Assembly: GCA_963740355.1 (NCBI GenBank)
Contig: CAVUDW010000002.1
Coordinates: forward strand, 224,001-288,000
Length of the DNA: 64,000 nt
Origin: an uncultured Gemmatimonadaceae bacterium
Lineage (GTDB): Bacteria; Gemmatimonadota; Gemmatimonadetes; Gemmatimonadales; Gemmatimonadaceae
Reading direction: 5' to 3'
In this document: piece after piece, positions 30,501-40,100 of the stretch
Numbering within the stretch: position 1 is the first letter of the stretch
How the letters are laid out: each line of letters starts with the position of its first letter
Notes under the pieces: generated by a model
What the model was told of the DNA's origin: nothing
Databases searched by the model: none
The model's input: only the letters and a program-made list of their open reading frames with translations
Position numbers and translations under genes: made by a program

Positions 30501-32518
30501 ACGAGGGCGGCCTGCGGATGTTCTACGAATACGCCACCGACCTCTTCGACGAGTCGACGGTGGCGCGGATGCACGGGCAGTATCTGGCCTTGCTGGCCGG
30601 GATCGTGGAGTCACTCGATGTGCGGGTGACCGACATCCCGATCCTCACCGCAGCGGACGAACGGACCCTGCTCGACGAGGTGAACGCCACCGCGTTCGAG
30701 CACGATCGATCGGTCTGCGTGCACGAGATGGTGCGGGCGATGGCCATCGCCACGCCGGATGCGGTGGCGGTGCAGGCACCCGACGAGACGCTGACCTACG
30801 GCCAGCTCGAGCGGCGCTCGAACCAGATGGCGCAGCTGCTTCGCGAACGTGGCGTGGGCGATGGTGCGCTGGTGGGCGTCTGCCTGGACCGGATCGCGGA
30901 TCTTCCGGTGGCGCTGTTGGCGGTCCACAAGGCTGGCGCAGCCTACGTGCCGGTGGATCCGGCGCATCCGGCGGAACGGCTGGTCTACACACTGACGGAC
31001 GCGAAGGTCTCGTGCGTGATCACGGAGGAGCGCTTCGCTGGTCTGGTGGAAGCAGCGCAGGCTCCACTGTTGCTTGTTGATGCGGATGCTGGCGCGATTG
31101 TGGCGCAGTCAACGCAGCCCCCGCAGACGAATGTGCGACCGGACGATCTCGCCTACGTGATCTACACCTCCGGCTCCACCGGACGGCCCAAGGGGGTCGA
31201 GGTCGAGCATCGGAACGTGGTGAATTTCCTCCGCTGCATGCAGCGCGAGCCGGGCTTCTCGCGCGACGACGTCGTGCTGGCCGTGACCACCCCGTCCTTC
31301 GACATCGCGGGCCTCGAGATCTTTCTGCCACTCGTGAGCGGGGCTCGCACGGTGATCGCGTCCCGCGGCGACGTGCTGGATGGTGAGCGGCTGATCGCCC
31401 TCGCCAACGAGTGCCACGCCACCGTGATGCAGGCCACCCCGGCGACCTGGCGGCTGATGATCGATGCGGGGTGGACCGGCAAGCAGGACCTGCGCGTGCT
31501 ATGTGGTGGCGAAGCGATGCCGCGCGACCTCGCGCGAGAACTGCTCACGCGCACCAACGTCATCTGGAACATGTACGGGCCGACCGAAACCACGATCTGG
31601 TCGACGACGCATCGCGTCACCGACGCCAGTCAGGAAATCCCCATCGGTCACCCCATCGGGAATACGACGGTCTACGTGCTCGATGCCGCCGGCCGGCCGG
31701 CACCCGTCGGCGTTGCTGGCGAGCTCTGCATTGGCGGTGAAGGTGTGGCCCGTGGCTACCGCGACCGCCCCGAACTCACCGCCGAGAAATTCGTCTCAGT
31801 TTCCCTGGCCGGACGCCCCGCCGAACGGGTCTATCGCACCGGCGACGTGGTTCGCCTCCGCAGCGATTTGACACTCGAGTTCGTCGGTCGACGCGACCAT
31901 CAGGTGAAGGTCCGCGGCTACCGTATCGAACTGGGTGAGATCGAATCGGTGCTGGTCGAGGACACAACCGTCAAGCGCGCGGTCGTGATCGTGCGCGAAG
32001 ACTCGCCGGGCGATCAGCGGTTGGTGGCGTACGTCGTCCCGGCCGAGGGCGCGGCCGTGGCCTCGGAAGGGCTGCGTGCCCTGTTGCGCTCGCGGCTGCC
32101 TGAATACATGGTGCCTGCGACGATCGTCCCGTTGGCCGAGCTGCCGCTCACGCCGAACGGCAAGATCGATCGGAAGGCGCTCCCGGCGCCGGCCGCCGTG
32201 CGACCCGCTGCCGCGACCGCGTCTGACACCGTCATGACCGATCCGCAGCGTCGTGTTGCCGCCATCTGGCGCGACGTGCTCCGCATCGAGCACCTCGGCG
32301 TCGACGACAACTTCTTCGACCTGGGCGGACACTCCCTCCTCGTCGTGAAGGTGCATGCGGCCCTCCGACGTGAGTTCCAGAAGGAGCTCACCCTCGTTGA
32401 CCTCTTTCAGCATACGACCATTGCTGCGCAAGCCACTCTCGTTTCGTCCGAGGCCACCGATCGTGGCGCGTCCGTCCAGAGGGCGCGCGCACGCGCGGCT
32501 CGGCAAGTCCATGTCTGA
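27551..32518 (+). CDS. NRPS1: TubC_N-C-TubC_N-C-A(Gly)-PCP
   Basis: C motifs HHIAGD and HHIASDG; A motifs YTSGSTGRPKG, YGPTE, YRTGD, NGKIDR; PCP GGHSL; two docking domains. Confidence 0.93.
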   Translation: MNVAELLSSVANTGVELWFEGSRLRFRGPRGALTGEQRAALSSNRAAVVEHLRAVASEQLHSFPLSYNQRALWFIHQEAPTNVAYHVAQGIRITSVVQRDAVREALQGVSDRHPMLRTTYALSDEGQLLQQTRGAVDVAFDCVDATGSTEDELRALVDADYARPFDLEDGPVFRCTLFSRAEADHVLVIYMHHIAGDAWSLMMVLDDFQKLYAEACGQPTSLPARVETAYESFVTWQESWLASDDGQRTGAAWQAVLAAPRAQVELPPDRARPERKTFRGATISFSLEVETVTRLRQVAREQHTTLFVVLLAGYVAMLHRLTGETDVIVGTPTFGRTDSAYSRVVGHFVNPVPLRTRVESTISFAELVARVGRTVRAALDGQEYPFQLIVQHAHVVRDPSRSPLFEAFFGLLAFDQVRHGADPVPPADGPRDFGGLRAEPYSLRQQEGQFDLSLQLSEHDGGLDGWLIFNPDIHDADTIQQVAAHYTALLGGALVSMESTVAELPPHADRLGADHTSAHAGPPAHVQQLLDELAARDVRLTLDGEKLKVNAPVGALDDSLKARLSQAKAEIITALRAAPEPRSVLRRVPRTAPLPISYAQQRLWFLDRMDPGNSHYNISLPLRITGPLDVAVMTQVLDAIPHRHEALRIRIRDIDGNPRAELMESVGSVVRLVDISGLAPEARAAESHRLLLQQMVVPFDLATGPLISCLLVRHSDDEFVLMISMHHIASDGWSLSVVVGEICAAYEAAMAGLPSPLAPLEVQYVDFAAWQREQMNSGMLVQQLGYWQRELAGAPVLLELPTDRPRPAVQTYRGTRRKYRMEPELLAGLKAVSRASDATLYMTLLAGWQVLLHRYSGQDDIVVGSPMANRDDPALEPLVGCFVNNVVMRGRLEGNPTFREFLGRTATTVLGAFDHRELPFDRLVEGLRPERSTSHAPVFQVLFTLQSFPVDNRHPAGLHLELLNIEDDERGTARFDLTLEMDEHEGGLRMFYEYATDLFDESTVARMHGQYLALLAGIVESLDVRVTDIPILTAADERTLLDEVNATAFEHDRSVCVHEMVRAMAIATPDAVAVQAPDETLTYGQLERRSNQMAQLLRERGVGDGALVGVCLDRIADLPVALLAVHKAGAAYVPVDPAHPAERLVYTLTDAKVSCVITEERFAGLVEAAQAPLLLVDADAGAIVAQSTQPPQTNVRPDDLAYVIYTSGSTGRPKGVEVEHRNVVNFLRCMQREPGFSRDDVVLAVTTPSFDIAGLEIFLPLVSGARTVIASRGDVLDGERLIALANECHATVMQATPATWRLMIDAGWTGKQDLRVLCGGEAMPRDLARELLTRTNVIWNMYGPTETTIWSTTHRVTDASQEIPIGHPIGNTTVYVLDAAGRPAPVGVAGELCIGGEGVARGYRDRPELTAEKFVSVSLAGRPAERVYRTGDVVRLRSDLTLEFVGRRDHQVKVRGYRIELGEIESVLVEDTTVKRAVVIVREDSPGDQRLVAYVVPAEGAAVASEGLRALLRSRLPEYMVPATIVPLAELPLTPNGKIDRKALPAPAAVRPAAATASDTVMTDPQRRVAAIWRDVLRIEHLGVDDNFFDLGGHSLLVVKVHAALRREFQKELTLVDLFQHTTIAAQATLVSSEATDRGASVQRARARAARQVHV

Positions 32519-32551
32519 GCAGTCGCTGCGGCGTGCACAGGGAGTCGAGGC

Positions 32552-35500
32552 GTGAGCACCGACCACGTCGCGTCTCGCCGCGCAATTGCCATCGTCGGCA
32601 TGAGCGGTCGCTTTCCGGGCGCCCACTCGTTGCAGCAGTTCTGGCAGAATCTGCGCGACGGCGTGGAGTCGCTGGAAACGTTCACCGACGATGAGCTGGA
32701 GCAGGCCGGTGTCACCGCCGCGATGCGTGCGCTCCCGGGATGGGTGTCGCGTGGCACCGTGCTGCAGGACGCCGACCACTTCGATGCGGGCTTCTTCGGC
32801 TACTCGCCGCGCGAGGCCCAGATCATCGACCCACAGCAGCGGCTCTTCCTCGAGTGCGCGTGGGAAGCGATGGAGCACGCCGGCTACGCCGGTGAGCCGG
32901 ACGGACTGACGGTCGCGATCTACGCTGGATCGAGCATGAACACCTACGTCTACAGTCAGTTGCTTCCGAACAAGGAGCTGTTGGCGTCGGTGGGTGGCTA
33001 CCAGGTGATGTTGGGTAACGACAAGGACTTTCTCACCACGCGTGCGTCGTACAAGCTCGACCTGCATGGCCCCAGCATGGCGATCCAGACGGCCTGCTCG
33101 ACGTCACTGGTGGCGGTACAGGTCGCGTGCCAGTCGTTGCTGCGCCGCGAGTGCGACATGGCGCTGGCCGGCGGGGTCTCGATCACCTTCCCGCAGCGCA
33201 CCGGCTATCAGTTCCAGGAGGGGATGATCTTCTCTCCGGATGGGAGCTGCCGACCCTTCGATGCGGATGCGAAGGGAACACGCTCAGGCGCCGGCGCCGG
33301 GATCGTGGTACTGAAGCGGCTCGAGGATGCGCTCGCCGACAACGACACGATTCACGCCGTGATCCTTGGCGCAGCGATCAACAACGATGGCGCTGGCAAG
33401 GCGGGCTACACGGCGCCGAGCATCGATGGTCAGGTGGAAGCGATCGCCACGGCGCAGGCGCTTGCCGGCGTGGCACCGGAGACCATCTCGTACATCGAGG
33501 CACACGGCACGGCCACGCCGCTTGGCGATCCGATCGAGATCGCCGCGCTGACCCGCGTGTTCCGCGAGTCGACGGATGCGACGGGGTTCTGTACGATCGG
33601 ATCGCTGAAGGCGAACCTCGGTCATCTCGATGCGGCGGCCGGTGTGGCTGGGCTGATCAAGACCGTGCTGGCATTGCGCAACCGTGAGCTCCCACCGCAG
33701 CTCAACTTCCGCGCGCCCAATCCGCAGTTGCAGCTCGAGGCCTCGCCGTTTCGTGTGGCCACGACGCCGGAAGCCTGGGTCGCCGGCGCCACGCCGCGGC
33801 GCGCCGGGGTGAGCTCGTTCGGCATCGGCGGCACGAACGCCCATGTCGTGCTCGAAGAAGCTCCGGCCATGCTGCCGAGCGCCACGTCGCGTGACCGCCA
33901 CCTGCTGGTCGTCTCGGCAAAGTCGGCGGAGGCACTGGAACGGGCGACGACCAATCTGGTCGATGCCCTGCGTCGAAATGATGCGCCCGCGCTCGCTGAC
34001 GTCGCGAACACCCTCCAGATCGGCCGCCGCGTCTTTGCACACCGCCGGAGTGTCGTCGCGCGCGACGCGGCCGAGGCGATCGCGTTGCTCGAGGCACCCG
34101 ATAGGGCACCGGTGGCAACCGGCGTACACGACGGTGCGTCACGGCCGGTTGCATTCCTGTTCAGCGGCCAGGGCAGCCAGCATGCGGGGATGTGCGCCGA
34201 GCTGTATCGCACCGAGCGCGTCTACCGCGCGGCCGTCGATCGGTGCGCCGAACTGCTGCAGCCGCATTTCGGGCGCGACGTCCGGGAGTTGCTGCGCGAT
34301 GGCAGCGATGGTGAGCTGAGCGAGACGTACGTCGCGCAGCCGGTGCTGTTCACCACCGAGTATGCACTGGCCGTGCTCTGGATGTCGTGGGGCGTGCAGC
34401 CGGCGGCGATGCTTGGCCACAGCATCGGGGAGTATGTCGCGGCGCACCTGGCCGGTGTGCTGTCGCTCGAGGATGCGCTGTTGCTGGTGTCGGCTCGTGG
34501 GCGGTTGATGCAGGGCATGGCGGCGGGCGACATGCTCGCCGTGCGACTGGCGCCAGCTGACCTGCGCGCCCGCTTGCGTGATGGCGTCGAGATCGCGGCG
34601 GTGAATGCCCCCGCGCTCTGCACCGTGTCAGGCACGCCGCACGCCATCGACGCATTGGCGGCAGAACTCGAGCTGGCCGGCATCGAGCATCGGGCGCTGC
34701 ACACCTCGCACGCCTTCCATTCGGCGATGATGGAGCCGGCGCTGGCGCCATTCCGTGAAATCGTGTCGCGTGTGACGCTGTCACCACCGCGGCGCCCCTA
34801 TGTCTCGAACGTCACCGGCACCTGGATTCGTCCCGAACAGGCGACCTCTCCCGACTATTGGGCGGCACACCTGCGGAACGCAGTGTTGTTCGCCGATGGT
34901 GTGAAGACGCTGAGCACCGATCCGACCATGCAGTTGCTGGAAGTGGGACCGGGCAATGCACTCACGTCGCTGGCGCGGCTCACCCTTGGGCGCGACGATG
35001 CCACGCGCGTGATGGCCTCGCTGCCCCATCCGCGCGAGAAGCGCAGTGAGCTCGAGACCATGCTCAGTGCCGCCGGTCGCTTGTGGGCGAATGGCGTGGC
35101 GATTGACTGGTCTGGGTTGCACGCCGACGAATCGCTGCATCGTGTGCCACTGCCGACTTATCCCTTCGAGCGGAAGCGGCATTGGGTCGATGCCCCGAAG
35201 GGCGACGCGACGGCCGCAGCGGGCAGTGTGTCGATGCGACGCGAGCAGCTCGACGATTGGTTCTACACGCCGACCTGGACGCGCGCGCCGTTGGCGCGCA
35301 CGCGGCTCTCGGCATTGGACGGCACCTGGCTCATCTTCGGCCGCGGCGATGCGTTGGAGCAGGCGGTGGCGGACGGAATGCGCGAGCGTCAGGTCTCCGT
35401 CATTCATGTGCACGAGGGCCCGGAGTTCGCGGTCGCAGGTGCCGACCGGTTCACGGTGCGCGCCACCGATGCCAGGGATCACGGCGCGCTCCTCAAGGAG

Positions 35501-37126
35501 TTGAGTCAGCGCGGTGTGATCGTGCGGGGGGTGCTGCATCTCTGGAACGCCGGCGCGCACGTTACCGTCTCCCACGATCGCGATTGCGCGCTGCATGCGC
35601 TGGCCGCGCTCGGTCGCGCGCTGCTGGTCGAGTCGCCATCGGCGCAGGTCCGCCTCGTGGTCGCCACGACCGACGCGCAGAGTGCGCTCGGTGAACCGGT
35701 GGCGAACCCGGATCGGGCGTTGGTGAGCGGACCGGTGCTGGTGCTCCCGCTGGAGCACGAGGGGGTGCGCGCCAGCACCATCGATCTCGACCCCGTGCTG
35801 GCAGACGGCTGGGCGTCGAGTGCGGCGGCGGCGTTGCTTGATGAGGCGGCGAGCGACGATGCCGACCAGATGGTGGCGCATCGGGTGGGCCAGCGGTGGG
35901 CGCGGCGCTTCGTGAGCGGGTCGTTGCCGGCGGTTGCATCGAAGGCGCTGCCGCTCACCGAGCGTGGTGTCTACCTCGTGACGGGTGGCTTGGGCGGCAT
36001 CGGCGTCACGCTGGCGGAGTGGCTCGCGGCCCAGGTGTCCGCACGCCTGGTGTTGACGTCACGCACGGCGATGCCCCGTCGCGAGGAGTGGGACGGCTGG
36101 GTGTCGGAACATGGCGCGGACGACGCGACGACCCGGCGCATCCTCGACATTCGCAGGATCGAGGCGGCCGGTGGCGAGGTGGCGGTGCTGGTGGCCGATG
36201 TCGCCGACGAGGCCGAGATGCGGACATCCCTGGCAACGGTGGAAAATTCGTGGGGTCCGGTGCGCGGTGTGGTGCACGCAGCAGGTGTCTCTGGTGATGG
36301 GTTGCTGGCGCTATCAACTGCTGATGATGCCCGCGTCGCGATGGACGCGAAGGTCGCAGGGCTCGATTGCCTGCTGGCGCTGCTCGGCGATCGGACGCTG
36401 GACTTCGTCCTCCTCTGCAGCTCGATCAATGCCGTGGGCGGTGTGGCCGGCACCTACGCCTACACCGCCGCCAACGCCTACCTCGATGCCTTCGCCATCT
36501 CGAGCCGGCGGCCCGCAGGGTGGTCGACGCTCTCGATCGCCTGGGATGCCTGGCGCGAGGTCGGGATGGCCACGAAGGTCGTCGTCCCCGCCGCGATGCG
36601 AGCGGCCCGTGCCGCGTACGTCGCCGCCGGCATCCCTCCGCGTGATGGTGCCGAGGCGTTCGGGCGCGCGCTCGCCAGCGGCCTGCCGCTGCATGTCGTG
36701 TCGCCATACGACGTGGAGCGCCTGCTCGAGGGTCGCCGCCGCGCCCATGTGCGCCCCGATCGCGAGGCCGGGACAGAGGCCGCAGCGCCGGCCGCCGAGT
36801 CCGTACCCAGCGAGCGGGTTCGGTCGTCTTCGCATGCTGCCCCAGAGGGCGACATCGAGGAGCGACTGGTATCGGTCTGGGAGGACCTGTTGGGTGTGAC
36901 CACCGTAGGCGTTCACGACAATTTCTTCGAGCTCGGCGGCCACTCGCTCCTGGCCACACGCGTGCTGGCTCGGATCGATGGCTTCTTCGGTGTGCGGCTT
37001 CCGTTGCGCGCCGTGTTTGAGGCGCCCACGATCCGACAGCTGGGCCAGTTGATCGCCGCCGAGGCGCTCGCGACTGCCACCGAAGCCGCTGCGCCTGCCG
37101 GCGATCGTGAGGAGTTCGAGCTGTGA
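32552..37126 (+). CDS. PKS1: KS(hybrid type)-AT(malonyl)-KR-ACP
   Basis: NDKD and IQTACSTS (KS type that follows an NRPS), HGTAT, GHSIG/HAFH, GGLGGIG...YTAAN, GGHSL; C-terminal REEFEL. Confidence 0.93.
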   Translation: MSTDHVASRRAIAIVGMSGRFPGAHSLQQFWQNLRDGVESLETFTDDELEQAGVTAAMRALPGWVSRGTVLQDADHFDAGFFGYSPREAQIIDPQQRLFLECAWEAMEHAGYAGEPDGLTVAIYAGSSMNTYVYSQLLPNKELLASVGGYQVMLGNDKDFLTTRASYKLDLHGPSMAIQTACSTSLVAVQVACQSLLRRECDMALAGGVSITFPQRTGYQFQEGMIFSPDGSCRPFDADAKGTRSGAGAGIVVLKRLEDALADNDTIHAVILGAAINNDGAGKAGYTAPSIDGQVEAIATAQALAGVAPETISYIEAHGTATPLGDPIEIAALTRVFRESTDATGFCTIGSLKANLGHLDAAAGVAGLIKTVLALRNRELPPQLNFRAPNPQLQLEASPFRVATTPEAWVAGATPRRAGVSSFGIGGTNAHVVLEEAPAMLPSATSRDRHLLVVSAKSAEALERATTNLVDALRRNDAPALADVANTLQIGRRVFAHRRSVVARDAAEAIALLEAPDRAPVATGVHDGASRPVAFLFSGQGSQHAGMCAELYRTERVYRAAVDRCAELLQPHFGRDVRELLRDGSDGELSETYVAQPVLFTTEYALAVLWMSWGVQPAAMLGHSIGEYVAAHLAGVLSLEDALLLVSARGRLMQGMAAGDMLAVRLAPADLRARLRDGVEIAAVNAPALCTVSGTPHAIDALAAELELAGIEHRALHTSHAFHSAMMEPALAPFREIVSRVTLSPPRRPYVSNVTGTWIRPEQATSPDYWAAHLRNAVLFADGVKTLSTDPTMQLLEVGPGNALTSLARLTLGRDDATRVMASLPHPREKRSELETMLSAAGRLWANGVAIDWSGLHADESLHRVPLPTYPFERKRHWVDAPKGDATAAAGSVSMRREQLDDWFYTPTWTRAPLARTRLSALDGTWLIFGRGDALEQAVADGMRERQVSVIHVHEGPEFAVAGADRFTVRATDARDHGALLKELSQRGVIVRGVLHLWNAGAHVTVSHDRDCALHALAALGRALLVESPSAQVRLVVATTDAQSALGEPVANPDRALVSGPVLVLPLEHEGVRASTIDLDPVLADGWASSAAAALLDEAASDDADQMVAHRVGQRWARRFVSGSLPAVASKALPLTERGVYLVTGGLGGIGVTLAEWLAAQVSARLVLTSRTAMPRREEWDGWVSEHGADDATTRRILDIRRIEAAGGEVAVLVADVADEAEMRTSLATVENSWGPVRGVVHAAGVSGDGLLALSTADDARVAMDAKVAGLDCLLALLGDRTLDFVLLCSSINAVGGVAGTYAYTAANAYLDAFAISSRRPAGWSTLSIAWDAWREVGMATKVVVPAAMRAARAAYVAAGIPPRDGAEAFGRALASGLPLHVVSPYDVERLLEGRRRAHVRPDREAGTEAAAPAAESVPSERVRSSSHAAPEGDIEERLVSVWEDLLGVTTVGVHDNFFELGGHSLLATRVLARIDGFFGVRLPLRAVFEAPTIRQLGQLIAAEALATATEAAAPAGDREEFEL

Positions 37127-40100
37127 GCAACGCGACCTTCGCACTGCTCGATCAGCTTCGTGCACTCGACGTGCATGTCCGCGCCGAGGACGGTCGGCTT
37201 CGCATCAGCGCGCCGAAGGGCAGCCTGACTCCCGCGCTCGAAGCCGCATTGGTGGCAAGCAAGGCGGAGCTGCTGAAGGTGTTGACGGCCGCCCCTACGG
37301 CGGCGGCCACCTCGACGCCGGTGCTCTCGCCGGTGCCACGGATCGGGACGCTCCGGCTTTCGTACCTGCAGGAACGGCTCTGGGTGCTGGACCAGCTGCA
37401 GCCCGGGCACACGGCGTACAACCTCGCCACGGCGTCGAGCGTGATCGATCCGCTCGACATTCCGCGACTGGTGGCTGCGTCGCGGCGCCTCATCGCGCGG
37501 CATGAGATCCTGCATTCGCACTTCGTGCTCGATGGGTCGTCGCCCGTGGTGCGGGTCGCGCCCGCCGACTCTACCAGGATCGACGTGCGTGACCTGCGTG
37601 GGCTGGCGGTTGAGGAGCAGCAACGCGTGGTGTCGGCCGCCGCGAGTGTCGCAGCGCATGCACCGTTCGATCTCGCGCACGAATCGCCCGTTCGGATCGA
37701 GATCCTCCAGACCGGTGACACCGCCGGAGCATTCGTCTTCTCCGCGCACCACATCGCCGTCGACTCATGGTCGATGGGGCTATTGATGCAGGAGCTGACG
37801 CGAGAGTACGAATCGCTGGCTGCTGGGCAGTCGCCGCCACGTGAGCCCGAGCCGCTGCAGTACATCGATTTTGCGCAGTGGCAACGTGCGGTGATGGAAG
37901 GCCCGGGGGCGCAGGCGCGACTCAAGTTCTGGACCGATCGTCTCGCGGGGCTGCCGCAGATGAGCACCTTCCCGACGGATCATCCACGACCGATCGATGT
38001 CTCGGGCGTTGGCATGGCGTACGATTTCGCCTGGTCGCCGGAGCTCTATGATGGCGTGAAGGCCATGGCGCGCGACCTCGATGCGACGCTGTACATGATC
38101 CTGCTGGCGGCCATGGCGTCCGTCTTGTCGCGCAATACGGGACAGACCGACATTGCGCTCGGTAGCCCGCTCGGAACCCGCGAGCGGTCGGAACTGGAGG
38201 CCATGATCGGACCGATCGTCAATCCGCTGGTGATGCGATTCGATCTTTCCGATGATCCGCCGTTCGCGACGCTGGTGAAGCGTGCGCGCGAGGCCGTGCT
38301 GGACGGACACGCGAATCAGGACGTTCCGTTCGAGACGCTGGTGCAGCAGCTCAATCCGGATCGCTCGCTGGGACACGCACCGCTCTTTCAGGTGGCGGTG
38401 GTGCAGCACAGCGCGCCCAACGCCGGTGGCACCGCCATCACGGGCGGCGGTGCGATCTACGACGTGACGATGTTTGCGACCGAGCATCATGGCATGCTGA
38501 CTGGCGCGCTCGAGTATCGCTCGGACCTGTACGATCCGGCGACCATCGCGCGCGTCGATTCGCAGATCCAGTCGTTGCTGATGGCAGCGGCACGCGACCA
38601 CCAGCGTCGCGTGTCGGAGCTCCCCTTGCTGACGCCTGCTGAGTCAGCGCGGCTGCTGCACGAGTTCAATCCCGCGCCGGCCGACGTGGATCGGACGACG
38701 GTCGTCGCGCAGTTCGCCCGGACGGCCACCGCGCACGGCGCGCGCGGTGCGGTGCTGGCCTCGGACGGAACGCTGACGTACGCGGAGCTGGATCGCCGCT
38801 CCAACCTCGTCGCTCATGCCTTGCGCGCCGCAGGCGCAGGCCGTGGCATGTACGTCGCACTCGCCACCGATCGATCGAGCGCCATGGTCGTCGGTGCGCT
38901 CGGGATCCTGAAGGCTGGCGCGGCCTATGTGCCTGTGGATGTGGCGTACCCCGCCGATCGTGTGGCCTTCATGCTGCGCGACAGTGGTGTGCAGCACATC
39001 GTGACGACCGAGGAGGCGCTGCAGTCGATTCGCGACCTCCAGCTCCCGTCGGCGGTGATCAAGGTCGATGAGTTGGTCAGCTCCGACGCGGTGGCACCGA
39101 CCATTGCAGTGGCCGATGGCCCCACGCCCGAAGACGTGGCCTACCTCATCTACACGTCGGGCTCCACCGGGACACCGAAGGGTGTGATGGTGCCGCATCG
39201 CGCCATGAGCAACTTCCTCGGCGCGATGCGTGAACGGCCCGGCATCTCGCCGGATGACGGCGTGATGTGCGTGACGTCGATGTCGTTCGACATCTCGGTG
39301 CTGGAAGTGTTCCTGCCCCTGGTCAGTGGTGCCCGCACCATCATCGCGGCGCGCGAAGATGCCAGCGATGGCGCGCGCCTGGCGGAATTGATCCGACGGA
39401 GCGAAGCGACCATGGTCCAGTCCACGCCGTCGGGGTGGCGACTGTTGATGAACGCGCGGTGGTCGGGCGATGAACGTGTGACCGCGATCGCGGGCGGCGA
39501 GCCAATGCCTGAGGACCTCACCCGCTGGCTCACGGAGCGCGTCCGGCGGGTGTGGAACGGCTACGGTCCGACCGAGACCACGGTCTATTCGACGATGGCG
39601 CTCCTGACCGGCAGCGACATGATCACGATCGGAACGCCGGTCGCCAACACCCGCGTCTACGTACTCGACGCCGGCGGGATGCTGGCACCGATTGGTGCGC
39701 CGGGCGAGATCGTCATTGGCGGCGACGGGGTCACGCTGGGTTACCGCAACCGTGCCGACCTGACAGCTGAAAAGTTCGTGCCCGACCCCTTCCAGCCTGG
39801 TCAGACGGTGTACCGCACCGGCGACATCGGGCGGTGGAGGTCCGACGGCCGCCTGGAGCACCTCGGCCGGATCGACGGGCAGGTCAAGGTGCGCGGATAT
39901 CGCATCGAAACCGGTGAGATCGAGGCCGCGCTGTCGACGCACGAGATGGTTCGCACCGCGGTCGTCGGTGTCCGTCACGCGTCGGCCGACGATCCGCGCC
40001 TGGTGGCGTGGGTCCAGCTGCATGAAGAGGACTCGTGCACCGCCAGCGAGCTGCGGCGGCACCTCCGCCAGATGCTGCCGGAATTCATGATTCCGTCGAT

